Below, one piece after another: positions 14,490-24,811 of a DNA stretch of 64,000 bases. The notes under the pieces were generated by a model that was given only the letters and a program-made list of their open reading frames with translations, had not been told where the DNA came from and ran no database searches. The stretch comes from an uncultured virus (IMG/VR IMGVR_UViG_3300044616_001484). Taxonomy: Duplodnaviria; Heunggongvirae; Uroviricota; Caudoviricetes. The position numbers and the translations under genes are program-made. How positions within the stretch are numbered: position 1 is the first letter of the stretch; each line of letters opens with the position of its first letter. The DNA is taken from the IMG/VR virus record IMGVR_UViG_3300044616_001484; one strand, 5' to 3'.

Positions 14490-14497
14490 TATTTAGA
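14490..14497 (-). promoter_or_regulatory. Late promoter variant TCTAAATA
   Basis: 7 nt upstream of ATG at 14482. Confidence 0.55.
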
Positions 14498-16214
14498 TTT
14501 GAACTTTCATCTTTGAAAAATTATTTTTCTTTTCAAAATGCATTTGCTGATCAAATTTATCTATTAGCTGATCTGCCTTGTGGCTAATGATGAATATAGA
14601 ACACTTGTTCTTCATTTTATTTAGAAGCTTTAAGAATGATTCCGTTCCAGCTGAATCTAATGAAGAGTCTAAAATTTCATCAAAAATTAAAAGGTTGCAG
14701 TTTAAGCTATTCTTCATCTTGGCAACTTCACGCCAAGTCATCAGTATGGCCAAATCGATACGCTGCTTTTCTCCCTCAGAGAAAGAGGAATATGAGAATT
14801 CATCTCTATATCTTGATTTGATTGTTTCTTTAAATTCTTCGTTGATGTTAAAGTCAACATAGAGATTAAGTTTTGAGAGGAATTTGTTGACGAGTCCATT
14901 GATGATGGGAACATAATGCTTAATAATACGGCTCTTGAGGCCACCATCTTTGAGTATATCGTAAACCACATCGTGATGAATTTGTTCATTAATTAAATTC
15001 TGCAATTTTTTTGACATTTCATCTTTTTCGAATTCAGATTTATGTAAACTTTCTTCTAATGAAGAAATGTTGCTAGATGCTTGCTTTTCTTTCTTTTCTT
15101 TTTGCAAACGTTTTACGTTTTCTTCCCCATTGCCAATTCTATAATCAATTCCCATTATATCATCACGAATGCTATTTACAGTAACGTTAAAAGATTTAAA
15201 ATCCTCTTGGGCATTATAAAGTTTTTGATTCTTTTCTTTTGCAATCTTTATTGCTTTTTGGCATTCTAAAAGTTTTATTTCTTTATCGGAGATATGTTTT
15301 TCTTTTTGATCTGTTGGTAGATTTTGACCACAGCAACTGCATATGGCAGATGTTTTTAAAGATTGAATCTCTTCTTTTAAAGTAGCTTCAAGAACCTCTG
15401 CCTTGGTTAGCATTACTGGAACATCTTTTAAAGAATCTATAATTTTCTTTTGTTTTTTTACTTCTTCATTTATTTTTTCAAGTTGCTTTGTATGATCGTC
15501 TTGTTCGGATTTACTAAGTTTGATGTTTTGTTCAAAAGATTCAATTTTCTCATCAATTGCCTTTATATCATCAGCATTGTGATTCTTTACTTGTTGAATA
15601 AAACTTTTTTGTGCTTTAATCTTTTCATGTGCAATTTTAAGAAATGATTCTTTTTCTACAATATCTACCTTTAATGAACCCAACTGTCCTTTAACATATT
15701 GATTCATATCTGCCAACACATCAAGATCCAACAAGCCTTCAATAATTTTTCTTCTTTCGGCAGGGGTTAACTGCATAAAAGGTATAAAATTTGATTTACC
15801 AAGAATCACTACTTGTTTGAATGCTGCATAATCAAATCCCAAAATTTGTTCTTCAAACATTTCTTGGTAGTCTTTTGACTTTGCATTTTGATCAATCATC
15901 TCCCCGTTTTTGTAAATTTCAAAAAACTTTGGACTTAGCCCTCGTTTTACTGTGTATAAAACATTAGATCTTTTAAATTCTATTTCTACCACACAGTGTT
16001 TGGCATTTACGCTGTTTACCAACTGAGGGATGTTAATTGGTCTAAATGGTTTACCAAATAGACCAAAGCAAAGAGAATCCAAAAGAGCAAAGGATTTACC
16101 GTGACCATTGGTTCCTGTTACTAGAGTAATTTTATTGGTATTTAATTTTATTTCAGTAAAATTTGTACCAAACGAACCAAAGTTTTTAAACTTGACAGAG
16201 ATAAATTCTATCAT
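14493..16214 (-). CDS. gp46: Rad50/SbcC-like recombination ATPase
   Basis: FKNFGSFG, GTNGHGKS, zinc hook CSCCGQ, FSEGEKQRIDLA, LIFDEILD. Confidence 0.96.
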   Translation of the reverse strand: MIEFISVKFKNFGSFGTNFTEIKLNTNKITLVTGTNGHGKSFALLDSLCFGLFGKPFRPINIPQLVNSVNAKHCVVEIEFKRSNVLYTVKRGLSPKFFEIYKNGEMIDQNAKSKDYQEMFEEQILGFDYAAFKQVVILGKSNFIPFMQLTPAERRKIIEGLLDLDVLADMNQYVKGQLGSLKVDIVEKESFLKIAHEKIKAQKSFIQQVKNHNADDIKAIDEKIESFEQNIKLSKSEQDDHTKQLEKINEEVKKQKKIIDSLKDVPVMLTKAEVLEATLKEEIQSLKTSAICSCCGQNLPTDQKEKHISDKEIKLLECQKAIKIAKEKNQKLYNAQEDFKSFNVTVNSIRDDIMGIDYRIGNGEENVKRLQKEKKEKQASSNISSLEESLHKSEFEKDEMSKKLQNLINEQIHHDVVYDILKDGGLKSRIIKHYVPIINGLVNKFLSKLNLYVDFNINEEFKETIKSRYRDEFSYSSFSEGEKQRIDLAILMTWREVAKMKNSLNCNLLIFDEILDSSLDSAGTESFLKLLNKMKNKCSIFIISHKADQLIDKFDQQMHFEKKNNFSKMKVQI

Positions 16215-17257
16215 TCTTCTTCCTTAGACAGTGCGCTATTATACGCTGCATTTATGATTGAAGCAAGTGTGGTTTTGTCGATGGATTTATCTGTAACCGT
16301 TTCTATCTCTTCATGTAGCAACTGTAAAGTGTCTTTATGAACATCCACTGCAACAAGTTCGGGATTTGATGACACCTCTTCCGAAACAACCAATTCAGCA
16401 ACACCTACTTCATAAAATTTATCAATGTATTTTTCAAATATGGGTTGCTTGGTTTTGCTTTTTATGAATATCTTTACGTGCTTATCTTTAAACTGCTCGT
16501 AATTTAATTTTTCCGTAGATTCTTCATAATAGTCAAGCGTATAGAATATGCGATCTGTATTCTGTACAAATTCAAAAGTGCGGTTTTGGAAATCAAAGAC
16601 ATGGAATCCTTTTTCTTCCCAAACATCCGAAAAAGCCATTTGATATTGCGTGCCAAGATAATGAATATTGTCACGGCTAGACTTAACATGATAATGGCCA
16701 CTAAGAACATACTCAAACTTATCGAAATGCTTGGAATCATATCCTTGCTCCACAAATACTCCACGAATGCTTTGAAACCCACATAACTCCAAATGACCAA
16801 GCAAAACAGTGCAAGTCGTGTTTTGAAGGAATTCAGCAGCTGCTGATTCATTTTCTGGGTTAACCCAAGGTAGCAACGCGACACATCCTGTTGTAAGTTG
16901 TATTTCAGTTGGTTCAGAGTAAACTGACCAATTTGGATAGTGTGTAACAAGTTCATTTAAAGAATTTACCTTATTGGTATTCTTATAATAAGTGTCATGG
17001 TTTCCACAAATTATTATACACTTGATTCCCATTTCCATCAAGGGATTTAAAAATCTTTCCTGAACTTGATTTAATGTTTTAAAATTGATATATTTGCGCC
17101 TATCAAATAAGTCGCCCAGATGGAATATGGTTTTAATATTGTTTTCCTTTAGATAAGGAAACAATTGTTTTTCAAAAAAAGATAGAAAGTATTCAAGCAT
17201 AATGGGTGAATCATTCTTGTACCCAAAATGCGTGTCATTTAAAATTACTGCTTTCAT
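16211..17257 (-). CDS. gp47: Mre11/SbcD-like recombination nuclease
   Basis: DTHFG, HLGDLFDRRK, GNHD, SGHYH. Confidence 0.96.
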   Translation of the reverse strand: MKAVILNDTHFGYKNDSPIMLEYFLSFFEKQLFPYLKENNIKTIFHLGDLFDRRKYINFKTLNQVQERFLNPLMEMGIKCIIICGNHDTYYKNTNKVNSLNELVTHYPNWSVYSEPTEIQLTTGCVALLPWVNPENESAAAEFLQNTTCTVLLGHLELCGFQSIRGVFVEQGYDSKHFDKFEYVLSGHYHVKSSRDNIHYLGTQYQMAFSDVWEEKGFHVFDFQNRTFEFVQNTDRIFYTLDYYEESTEKLNYEQFKDKHVKIFIKSKTKQPIFEKYIDKFYEVGVAELVVSEEVSSNPELVAVDVHKDTLQLLHEEIETVTDKSIDKTTLASIINAAYNSALSKEEE

Positions 17258-17820
17258 ATATCAAATGCGTCTTTTTTGACTTTCTTTTTTCTTTTGGTTT
17301 TCTTTGGAGCACACATATCTTCAAACCGCTCCATATCAAGATCTGTTAGACCAAAAAAGTCTCTACGACCAACATCGATTCCTGCATAGGTTTCATTAAA
17401 CCAGTTATGGAAGTCTTTGTTGTTTTGTTGCTCTGCAAACTTGTACTGGACAAATTTTTCTTTCTTTTCCTTGTTTATGATACGAACAAAAGAAAACCAG
17501 CATATTTGGGTTAAATAACCAAATGGGCTGGTTGAAAGCTTTGGATCAAAATTGTCAATATAAGTTATGCAGTTTAAGACTCCATCAGAAACCATTTCTT
17601 CTCTATATGGATAGTTTGCAAAATTTGGTCTGTATGAAAGTCTAGTTGCTATCTTTAGAATGCATTCACCTATGTAATCTGGTAGTTTTGGTTTTTTTCT
17701 ACCAGCATCTTCAGCTTCTTTGCATTTTTTTTTATATTCAACCAAAGCTTCATAAAGAGCTTGATTATTCACATAATCAGCATCTGAGGGTTTGGATTTC
17801 TTTTTCTTTGGTTTTTTCAC
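17254..17820 (-). CDS. gp55: Late sigma factor
   Basis: YVNN..LY, YIGECILKIA..LSYRPNFANY.YREEMVSDG, PFGYLTQI; GTG start. Confidence 0.96.
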   Translation of the reverse strand: MKKPKKKKSKPSDADYVNNQALYEALVEYKKKCKEAEDAGRKKPKLPDYIGECILKIATRLSYRPNFANYPYREEMVSDGVLNCITYIDNFDPKLSTSPFGYLTQICWFSFVRIINKEKKEKFVQYKFAEQQNNKDFHNWFNETYAGIDVGRRDFFGLTDLDMERFEDMCAPKKTKRKKKVKKDAFDI

Positions 17821-17826
17821 AATAAT

Positions 17827-17854
17827 AATATATCACAATTAATAGATTTGTCAA
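17827..17854 (-). promoter_or_regulatory. Sigma70-like promoter TTGACA-N16-TATATT
   Basis: -10 ends 6 nt before the gp55 GTG. Confidence 0.75.
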
Positions 17855-18025
17855 CTACCACTCAAGAAAAATATTTTTTTTGGTTATTTTGGTGGTAATT
17901 TTATGTTGATTGTAGACTTTTTTAAAAAAATTTATATTTTCTTTTTGTTGTTTTGTTAAATTTTTAATCACAACATCAACGTAAAAAGGTTCATTGTTTT
18001 TTGATATTATCAAATACTTAAACAT
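17855..18025 (-). CDS. Hypothetical protein, 56 aa (not in ORF track)
   Basis: MFKYLIISKNNEPFYVDV...KNIFLEW*; fills the gap and overlaps the upstream stop. Confidence 0.4.
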   Translation of the reverse strand: MFKYLIISKNNEPFYVDVVIKNLTKQQKENINFFKKVYNQHKITTKITKKNIFLEW

Positions 18026-18458
18026 TTTTAAAATTTTTCATCCAATATATTGGATAATCAGTGCATATTCCATATAAATCTTTTGAAATGTTTTGTTTAT
18101 CCAGCAATACTGTAACACCATTTTTTAAATAAATTTTTGGATAACACCACGGTATACATTTACTTGTTAGTGTAAATTTATCATTTTCATGCCAAAAATA
18201 GTTAAAATCTGTATTTAAAAATACATCATAACAATCAACGTTTTTTAAATGTATCCAGAAAAAATTTTTATATAAATTTAACCAAGACAATTTAACTTCA
18301 TATTCTGGAAAATCGTGACCCAAATATATTAAATTATCTTTGTGCCAAACATCTATTTCAACATCAAAACCCATGTCTAATGCTTTTTTAATTTGGTCTG
18401 GGTGATTTTCGTTTGTTGATTTGCCATTTAAATTTCCCCTATGTGCTATTATTTTCAT
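18018..18458 (-). CDS. Glycerophosphodiester phosphodiesterase-like protein
   Basis: IIAHRGN, EN, DVEIDV, GHD, ICTDYP. Confidence 0.8.
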   Translation of the reverse strand: MKIIAHRGNLNGKSTNENHPDQIKKALDMGFDVEIDVWHKDNLIYLGHDFPEYEVKLSWLNLYKNFFWIHLKNVDCYDVFLNTDFNYFWHENDKFTLTSKCIPWCYPKIYLKNGVTVLLDKQNISKDLYGICTDYPIYWMKNFKNV

Positions 18459-19171
18459 TGGTGTTTATTTAAATAATTTTGTAAATCTTCTGGTGTACCT
18501 ATTCCGTGCATATCATGCACATAAAATGGAATTAATGTTTTATTGAGTTCTATAAATTCATTGTACACTGGTGCTATGTAAAATTCATTATTGACTTTAA
18601 TATTTTTATAAATCATAGATTCAGCACATTTTACAAAATCACTTCCTTTACGGTACCAATAAATTCCACATGTGGCTATATTTGAAATTGGATTTTTTTC
18701 TGCAACTTCAACAACCAAACCTCTGGAATTTATTTTTACAAAAGACCACTTTGGGTGCACTGCATTAAAACAAAAAACTATACCATCCAAATTTGTAAAT
18801 TTTTTTAAATAATTAAAATTATCTTTTGAATATTCTATTATCTGATCTGAATTTGCTATTAAAAGATCATCATCATTGTCAATATATTTTTTTGCTAAAA
18901 GTGCCGTACATGCTGCCCCCTCAGTTAGCTTATCCACTTCAACAATATTCATTTTACCACTGGTAATTTGATATAATGTTGTTTCCAATCCTTTGTATTT
19001 TATCAGATGTTCTTTTCTTGCAAGAAAAATAAATTCAGCATCAAAATTTAAATTTTCTACTACTTTTTGTATCATGGGTTTACCACAAACGTCTATAAGA
19101 GGTTTTGGAAAAGTATAACCTTCTTTTGTAAACCTACTACCCTCTCCCGCCATTGGAACCAATATTTTCAT
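18455..19171 (-). CDS. Sugar-phosphate nucleotidyltransferase
   Basis: PMAGEGSRF..GYTFPKPLI, TEGAACT, ANSDQ, AEK, GTPEDL. Confidence 0.88.
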   Translation of the reverse strand: MKILVPMAGEGSRFTKEGYTFPKPLIDVCGKPMIQKVVENLNFDAEFIFLARKEHLIKYKGLETTLYQITSGKMNIVEVDKLTEGAACTALLAKKYIDNDDDLLIANSDQIIEYSKDNFNYLKKFTNLDGIVFCFNAVHPKWSFVKINSRGLVVEVAEKNPISNIATCGIYWYRKGSDFVKCAESMIYKNIKVNNEFYIAPVYNEFIELNKTLIPFYVHDMHGIGTPEDLQNYLNKHQ

Positions 19172-19776
19172 TTTATAATTTCTTTGTAGTTTTTTAATGT
19201 TACGTCAAGGGGATTTGATACCACCCACAAATTAGGTACACAAGATCTGCGAGCAGCTTCAATTCCCTTTGGAGAATCTTCAACACACATGCATGTATAT
19301 GGATCAACACCTAGAGTTTTTACGGCAAAGTTATAGCAGTCTGGATAAGGTTTGTTATTTTTAACATCTTCGTTGCTAACGATTAAATCCATAAATTTAA
19401 ATTGACCAGTTTTTTTTAACATTTCCGTGGCTGTATTTAAAATTGAATTTGTTACACAAGCAATTTTTATGTCTTTACTTTTTAAGTACAAATGCAATTC
19501 TTGTTTTTCTGGCATAATTTTTGCTTGTGTAGATATAATATCAAGAGTTTTTAATTGTTTTTCTTTTTCTATTTTAGAAGCAAGAGATTCTTGAATTCCA
19601 AGCATATTTAATTTAACTGATGTTGGCAATCCATTGTATTTGTTTATGTGATCTTCTCTTGAGATTTCAAAACCAATAATTTTTTTTAATGCATAATTTA
19701 ATGCATTATAATGCCAATCACATGCATCAACCAAAACGCCATCAAGATCAAACAAAACACATTTGATGTTATTCAT
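19168..19776 (-). CDS. HAD-family phosphatase
   Basis: FDLDGVLVD, KPYPD, VEDSPKG. Confidence 0.9.
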   Translation of the reverse strand: MNNIKCVLFDLDGVLVDACDWHYNALNYALKKIIGFEISREDHINKYNGLPTSVKLNMLGIQESLASKIEKEKQLKTLDIISTQAKIMPEKQELHLYLKSKDIKIACVTNSILNTATEMLKKTGQFKFMDLIVSNEDVKNNKPYPDCYNFAVKTLGVDPYTCMCVEDSPKGIEAARRSCVPNLWVVSNPLDVTLKNYKEIIK

Positions 19777-19782
19777 TTATTT

Positions 19783-20454
19783 TTATCTTATAAAAGAAAA
19801 AATGGTGTGTCCCATATAAGAATCTATTAATTTATCCATATAATTGATGGGTATATTTTTTTGTGTTAGATGATGATTTATTTCATGTGCTCCATGAAAC
19901 AAACCAATTCCTGTATTTTTATTTGTTTGATGTCTATCATAGAGTTCTAAAATAGATTGTTCAAATTCATTAAAATATTTTTGTGGAAAAACCCAATAAT
20001 TATCATCACAATTTTTTGATTTATGTTCTACAGTAATATTAAACTTATCAAAATTAATATTATGTTCTAAAAATGGTTTATGAAACTGTAGATCTAAACG
20101 AGTAAAAATAAACAAATCATAGAAAATATTTTTTAATTGATTTTGTTTAATTGAATCAATAATCTTTAAATAATAATTTAATTGTGCTGTCCACGTGTCA
20201 AAATAAATTGCATTTTTATCTTCAAAAATAGTGTTGCAATTTTTAAAATAATTATTCAACAATTTGTGAAAATCATCACTAATAAAGGATGTTGCATTTA
20301 TAACATCTATATTGTGTTCCCCCAACATATCCCACAACATAGTTTTGTGATTTTTTAAAGTTTCTTGATATGTGTTTAAATATTGCTCTGTTATGCCAAA
20401 ATTACGCAAATAATTGACATTAAAACAGCCTTTATAGCATAATGCTACATTCAT
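19783..20454 (-). CDS. Hypothetical protein, possibly glycosyltransferase-like
   Basis: VALCYKG...YDLFIFTRLDL...DDNY pattern; position in glycan locus. Confidence 0.55.
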   Translation of the reverse strand: MNVALCYKGCFNVNYLRNFGITEQYLNTYQETLKNHKTMLWDMLGEHNIDVINATSFISDDFHKLLNNYFKNCNTIFEDKNAIYFDTWTAQLNYYLKIIDSIKQNQLKNIFYDLFIFTRLDLQFHKPFLEHNINFDKFNITVEHKSKNCDDNYWVFPQKYFNEFEQSILELYDRHQTNKNTGIGLFHGAHEINHHLTQKNIPINYMDKLIDSYMGHTIFSFIR

Positions 20455-20467
20455 TGCAATTTAACCT

Positions 20468-21478
20468 TTATACTAAAAATTTATCTCTCATATCCAAGTC
20501 AGCAGTTGAAAGATTATTTTTTTGATTTACTTGCTGACTAATCCATTTATATGTTTGTTCAATTCCTGTAGCCAAAGATTGTGTTGGCTCCCAACCAATT
20601 TTTTCTTTGTATAGATTATTATCTGAATTTCTTCCACGGACGCCAACAGGTCCTGATATATTGTTTACATCAAGATTTTTTCCAGAAATATTAATTACCA
20701 TTTTGGCAAGATCATTAATTCTAATCATTTCTTCAGAACCAATGTTTACTGGACCAATAAAAGAAGAATTCATTAATCTACGAGTTGCCTCAATGCATTC
20801 ATCAATGTAAAGAAAAGATCTTGTCTGCAGCCCATCTCCCCACACTTCAATTTGTGTCCCATCTTTAGCTTCCGCTACCTTCCGGCAGAGCGCAGCAGGA
20901 GCTTTTTCTTTACCGTTGTACCAAGTTCCTTCGGGACCGAAGATGTTGTGATATCTAGCGACACGAACTTCCATACCATGATTCTTGGCAAACGCTAGAA
21001 AAAGACGTTCACTGAATAATTTTTCCCAACCATATTCACTATCCGGTGCCGCAGGATATGCCGAATTTTCCGAACATTTTGGATTATCTGGATCTTCTTG
21101 ATTGTATGCTGGATACATGCAAGCAGATGAAGAATAAAATACTTTTCCTACATTTGTAGTATGGCATCTTTCAACGACATTCAAGTTAATTAAAGCAGAA
21201 TTGTGCATGATATCAGCATCATGTTCACCAGTAAAGATATATCCCGCACCACCCATGTCTGCTGCAAGTTGATATACTTCATCAAAGGATACGTCAAAAG
21301 CCTTATCACAAACAGACTGTAAACGAAGATCACCAATAATAAAATCATCTGCGTGAGTTTTTGAAAACTCAGGATACTTGAGATCTACAACGCGAACCCA
21401 ATAACCTTCTTTTTTCAATCTTTTAACAAGATGTGAACCAATAAATCCACCGCCACCTAATACTAAAGCTTTTTTCAT
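20468..21478 (-). CDS. GDP-mannose 3,5-epimerase (GME)-like extended SDR
   Basis: GGGGFIG, LAADMGG, YSSSACMYP, AYPAAPDSEYGWEKL, KEKAPAALCRK, GVRGRNSDN. Confidence 0.88.
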   Translation of the reverse strand: MKKALVLGGGGFIGSHLVKRLKKEGYWVRVVDLKYPEFSKTHADDFIIGDLRLQSVCDKAFDVSFDEVYQLAADMGGAGYIFTGEHDADIMHNSALINLNVVERCHTTNVGKVFYSSSACMYPAYNQEDPDNPKCSENSAYPAAPDSEYGWEKLFSERLFLAFAKNHGMEVRVARYHNIFGPEGTWYNGKEKAPAALCRKVAEAKDGTQIEVWGDGLQTRSFLYIDECIEATRRLMNSSFIGPVNIGSEEMIRINDLAKMVINISGKNLDVNNISGPVGVRGRNSDNNLYKEKIGWEPTQSLATGIEQTYKWISQQVNQKNNLSTADLDMRDKFLV

Positions 21479-21509
21479 ATTAATCCTTTGTAAGTTATAT
21501 ATACTGTTT

Positions 21510-21537
21510 ATTTTATAATAAAAACTGTTATAGTCAA
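21510..21537 (-). promoter_or_regulatory. Sigma70-like promoter TTGACT-N16-TAAAAT
   Basis: Intergenic, upstream of AAGGA SD of the GME-like gene. Confidence 0.7.
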
Positions 21538-21538
21538 A

Positions 21539-22345
21539 TTAAATTAGTTTACATTTTATTAGTGTATGCCAACCCAAAATACTTTCTAAAAATTTAAAAA
21601 CTTTAAATGGTAAAATTTTAAATAAAAATTTTTTATTATATTTGTACTTTACATAATCTTCTATCACATATGAAAATATGTGATCTTTTTGAATACTCAA
21701 AATATTAAAACCTTTTAAAAGTTTTTTGATATCATTTTTTGAATATACGTATGCCACGGGACAACCCAATTGTGCTTCCGCATAATATTTAATTGTTTGT
21801 TTTAAATTAAACTTAAATTTATAACCATGTTTTAAATAAAATTCAAAAGTTTTCCAAGAATACTTTGAATAAAGCATAAGTCTTATTTCTGTATTTTTAT
21901 TGGAATACAATTTAATTTTTTGTATCACTTTTTCTGGATTTGGTGTGTGGTGTATTACACCAAAAGAATAGATTAAATCGAATGTCTGTGGTGGTACGTG
22001 TGTGTCTATTTCTTCTGCGTCACATAAAATGTGTTTTGCTTTTAATCCATAAACATCAAATCTTTTTTTGCAAAGTTCTAGAGACTCTTCAGATAATTCT
22101 ACACACGTCAAATTGGCCCCAGCTTTGGCAAAATTAATAGAATCCGTTCCAATACCACAACCAATTTCCAACACATTTTTGTTTTTCCACTTGTCAAATT
22201 CTGCAAATAATGGAATATGCGGCTCTACAAAATATTTTCTTTGTTCCACTTCATCAAAGTATTCTCTACTTCCCATCTCTTTTGTAGAGTGTTTAATGTT
22301 ACAGGGTCTTTTATTCCAATAGTTTTTAACAGTTGCAATATCCAT
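21539..22345 (-). CDS. Class I SAM-dependent methyltransferase
   Basis: VLEIGCGIG, FDLIYSFGVIHH. Confidence 0.9.
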   Translation of the reverse strand: MDIATVKNYWNKRPCNIKHSTKEMGSREYFDEVEQRKYFVEPHIPLFAEFDKWKNKNVLEIGCGIGTDSINFAKAGANLTCVELSEESLELCKKRFDVYGLKAKHILCDAEEIDTHVPPQTFDLIYSFGVIHHTPNPEKVIQKIKLYSNKNTEIRLMLYSKYSWKTFEFYLKHGYKFKFNLKQTIKYYAEAQLGCPVAYVYSKNDIKKLLKGFNILSIQKDHIFSYVIEDYVKYKYNKKFLFKILPFKVFKFLESILGWHTLIKCKLI

Positions 22346-22346
22346 A

Positions 22347-23132
22347 TTAGTTTATTAAATTTCTTTGTTTGTAGTAGTTTTCAAGATCATCATTGTTCAT
22401 TGATCTTATATAATTGTATAAACCAATATTTCTAACAGTATAATTAGAATCTTGGTTTTGTAAAGTTCGGTCATGCTCAACGTGAAAAACTGGGCCCCAA
22501 GCTCTACTTATTTTAGCCCCAAATTTATTTAAACGAAATAAAAATTCTCCATCTTCATAACCCCAGCCATTAAAATCTTCATTAAAGTATGAAAGATTTT
22601 TTGCAGTTTGTTTGTTTATCAACATTCCAAACCCACCGTGGCCATGCTTTAACATTAACTCATCAGGTTCTCCCCATTTACGCGGTGAAATTATTTTTTT
22701 AATTTGATCAAAATCATAATCAAGTTGAAAACTTGTAAAATACTCTTGAGGAATATCGTATTGAGGGCAGGTAAAAGGATAAACAACATCATACCCATTT
22801 GATGCCAACAATACACTTGTTTTTATTTGATGAACTGGAATTAAAATATCACAATCGTAAATTAAACACAAATCAGTTTTGGCAAAATTTAATCCTTGAT
22901 TAATTACTTTGGATCTATGATATGGGCCAGAAGTATGCAATGAATGGATTGTTGCATTTGTTATTCCATAATTTGCAAAAAGATTAGTAAGCAAATCAAA
23001 GTTATTATCTTGATCTATAATTAAAATGTTTGAATCATTTTTAAAATGATTGTGTAAATAAATTACTCCACGTAAAAGATTTTTTAATCTATCTTCACTA
23101 TCATACCTAAATTGAATTATAAAACTTAACAT
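22347..23132 (-). CDS. GT-A glycosyltransferase (GT2/GT7-like)
   Basis: DCD motif, FNEDFNGWGYED.EF..R, HVEH. Confidence 0.82.
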   Translation of the reverse strand: MLSFIIQFRYDSEDRLKNLLRGVIYLHNHFKNDSNILIIDQDNNFDLLTNLFANYGITNATIHSLHTSGPYHRSKVINQGLNFAKTDLCLIYDCDILIPVHQIKTSVLLASNGYDVVYPFTCPQYDIPQEYFTSFQLDYDFDQIKKIISPRKWGEPDELMLKHGHGGFGMLINKQTAKNLSYFNEDFNGWGYEDGEFLFRLNKFGAKISRAWGPVFHVEHDRTLQNQDSNYTVRNIGLYNYIRSMNNDDLENYYKQRNLIN

Positions 23133-23134
23133 AA

Positions 23135-23953
23135 TTAAAATTGATCAAATAAAGATTCAATACCTTGTTTTAGAGTAGTTTTTGGTTTCCAAAAATTTAA
23201 AATATATGGATCTGGTTCATTTCTTTTGTCAAGCTGAACAGTATCTTTTGCTGAATTAGGAACAATTGTGCAAGGTTTAATATCATTGATTATTGAAGCA
23301 ACTTCTAAAATAGTATTCCATTCAAAATTTGTAATATGAAGTTGTTTAGATCTGTCTATTGTAGCATAATTACGAGACAATTCAATTAAACACTCCGCAC
23401 AATCATCACCATATAAAAACTGTCTAGATTCTCTGCCATCTGTTCTCATTGTAATAGTGCCGTTGGTTTTAGACATTTTAATAAAATCGGTAATAACGTG
23501 TGATTTTTCTTCATCACTTTCATAACCATATACATTCCAAAATTTTACTACAATGCCGCCCAATGATTCTGTATACTTTTCTCCGATGGCCTTTAACAAT
23601 CCATATGTCGAATATGACATATTTGACATTTGAGATGATGCAAATATAAATGGTTTGTTGTGCTCTTTTAACATATCAAAAGTATTATTCATTATTTTGA
23701 TATTATTGGAGATAAAATTATATGTATCTTGATACTTCTTCATATACAACGAACCACCAATATCAAAAGCCAAAAAGTGTACAAAGTCACAATTTTGTAT
23801 TTTTTCTTTTAATATTTTATTGTTGTAAATTCGAAGATCTTCATCTTGTGTGTCTACGATATCAAAAGTAATTACATCTTCATTTTGTTCTTTTAACACC
23901 TTAACTAAATGATGACCAACTTGACCAGCAGAACCTAAAATTAAATGTTTCAT
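23135..23953 (-). CDS. NAD-dependent sugar epimerase/dehydratase (SDR)
   Basis: GSAGQVG, FASS, YGLLK, NVYG, DGRESRQF. Confidence 0.88.
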   Translation of the reverse strand: MKHLILGSAGQVGHHLVKVLKEQNEDVITFDIVDTQDEDLRIYNNKILKEKIQNCDFVHFLAFDIGGSLYMKKYQDTYNFISNNIKIMNNTFDMLKEHNKPFIFASSQMSNMSYSTYGLLKAIGEKYTESLGGIVVKFWNVYGYESDEEKSHVITDFIKMSKTNGTITMRTDGRESRQFLYGDDCAECLIELSRNYATIDRSKQLHITNFEWNTILEVASIINDIKPCTIVPNSAKDTVQLDKRNEPDPYILNFWKPKTTLKQGIESLFDQF

Positions 23954-23962
23954 GGTAATTAT

Positions 23963-24799
23963 TTATGCTTTTTGTAAAAAATAGTTTTCTATCATATAAT
24001 CGTCAGCAACTTGAAACTTGCAAGCGCGTTCATAATTTTCTTCTAGGTAAGGAAGCATATCATTATATAAGTTTTCATTTAAATCTTTTAATTCAATTTC
24101 GTCATGAAACAAAACACCTTTTGGATTAAAATATTTTTCAACTACTGCTCTACTTCCTCTATAAATTGGCACGGTATACATTGTCATCGGGCTCGTTAGT
24201 CTTTCTGTGAAATACATGTCTGTGACATCATTTTCCATAGATACTGTAAACATGTAATCCGTAAAAGCCTCATCGGTGTGATTTAATGGTTTGTGACCCC
24301 AGCCATAAACATCCATCATATGTTTGTTCTGATTCATGTAGTCCCATCTGTATCTGTGTCCAGACAAAACATATGCGTTTGATACCAACATACTCAATAA
24401 CTTTGTTTTTTTATGTTTTCCGCGATTTTGAGGAAGAGTCCATGGTGCAGCATTGCTGACAACATATGTAAATGGTGCACCCAAAGAAAGTAATTCATTA
24501 TGACAAGTAAAAATTTTATCATAATGCGCCTTAGCCAATTCAATGTTATTTTTTAAAAATTCAATATATCTTGCATTGTAACCCGGTGATTCCAAAAGCC
24601 AACCATATTTTTTTTGTGGTACGTCAAATCCTTGCATTATCCCTTCATCGATATAAAGTTCCAGATCAACAGGTCCTTCATAATTTTTGGGAACCCATTG
24701 CATATATTTTGAAACATTTAAATTGGAAGAACATACAGGATCGGTATCTGATTTGGGGGCAATACAACCGCAAATAGGTTTCATTAATAATTTTTTCAT
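23963..24799 (-). CDS. GT10 (alpha-1,3-fucosyltransferase-like) glycosyltransferase
   Basis: YMFTVSMEN...YFTERL...TVPIYRG. Confidence 0.8.
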   Translation of the reverse strand: MKKLLMKPICGCIAPKSDTDPVCSSNLNVSKYMQWVPKNYEGPVDLELYIDEGIMQGFDVPQKKYGWLLESPGYNARYIEFLKNNIELAKAHYDKIFTCHNELLSLGAPFTYVVSNAAPWTLPQNRGKHKKTKLLSMLVSNAYVLSGHRYRWDYMNQNKHMMDVYGWGHKPLNHTDEAFTDYMFTVSMENDVTDMYFTERLTSPMTMYTVPIYRGSRAVVEKYFNPKGVLFHDEIELKDLNENLYNDMLPYLEENYERACKFQVADDYMIENYFLQKA

Positions 24800-24811
24800 A
24801 TATATTTTTTC

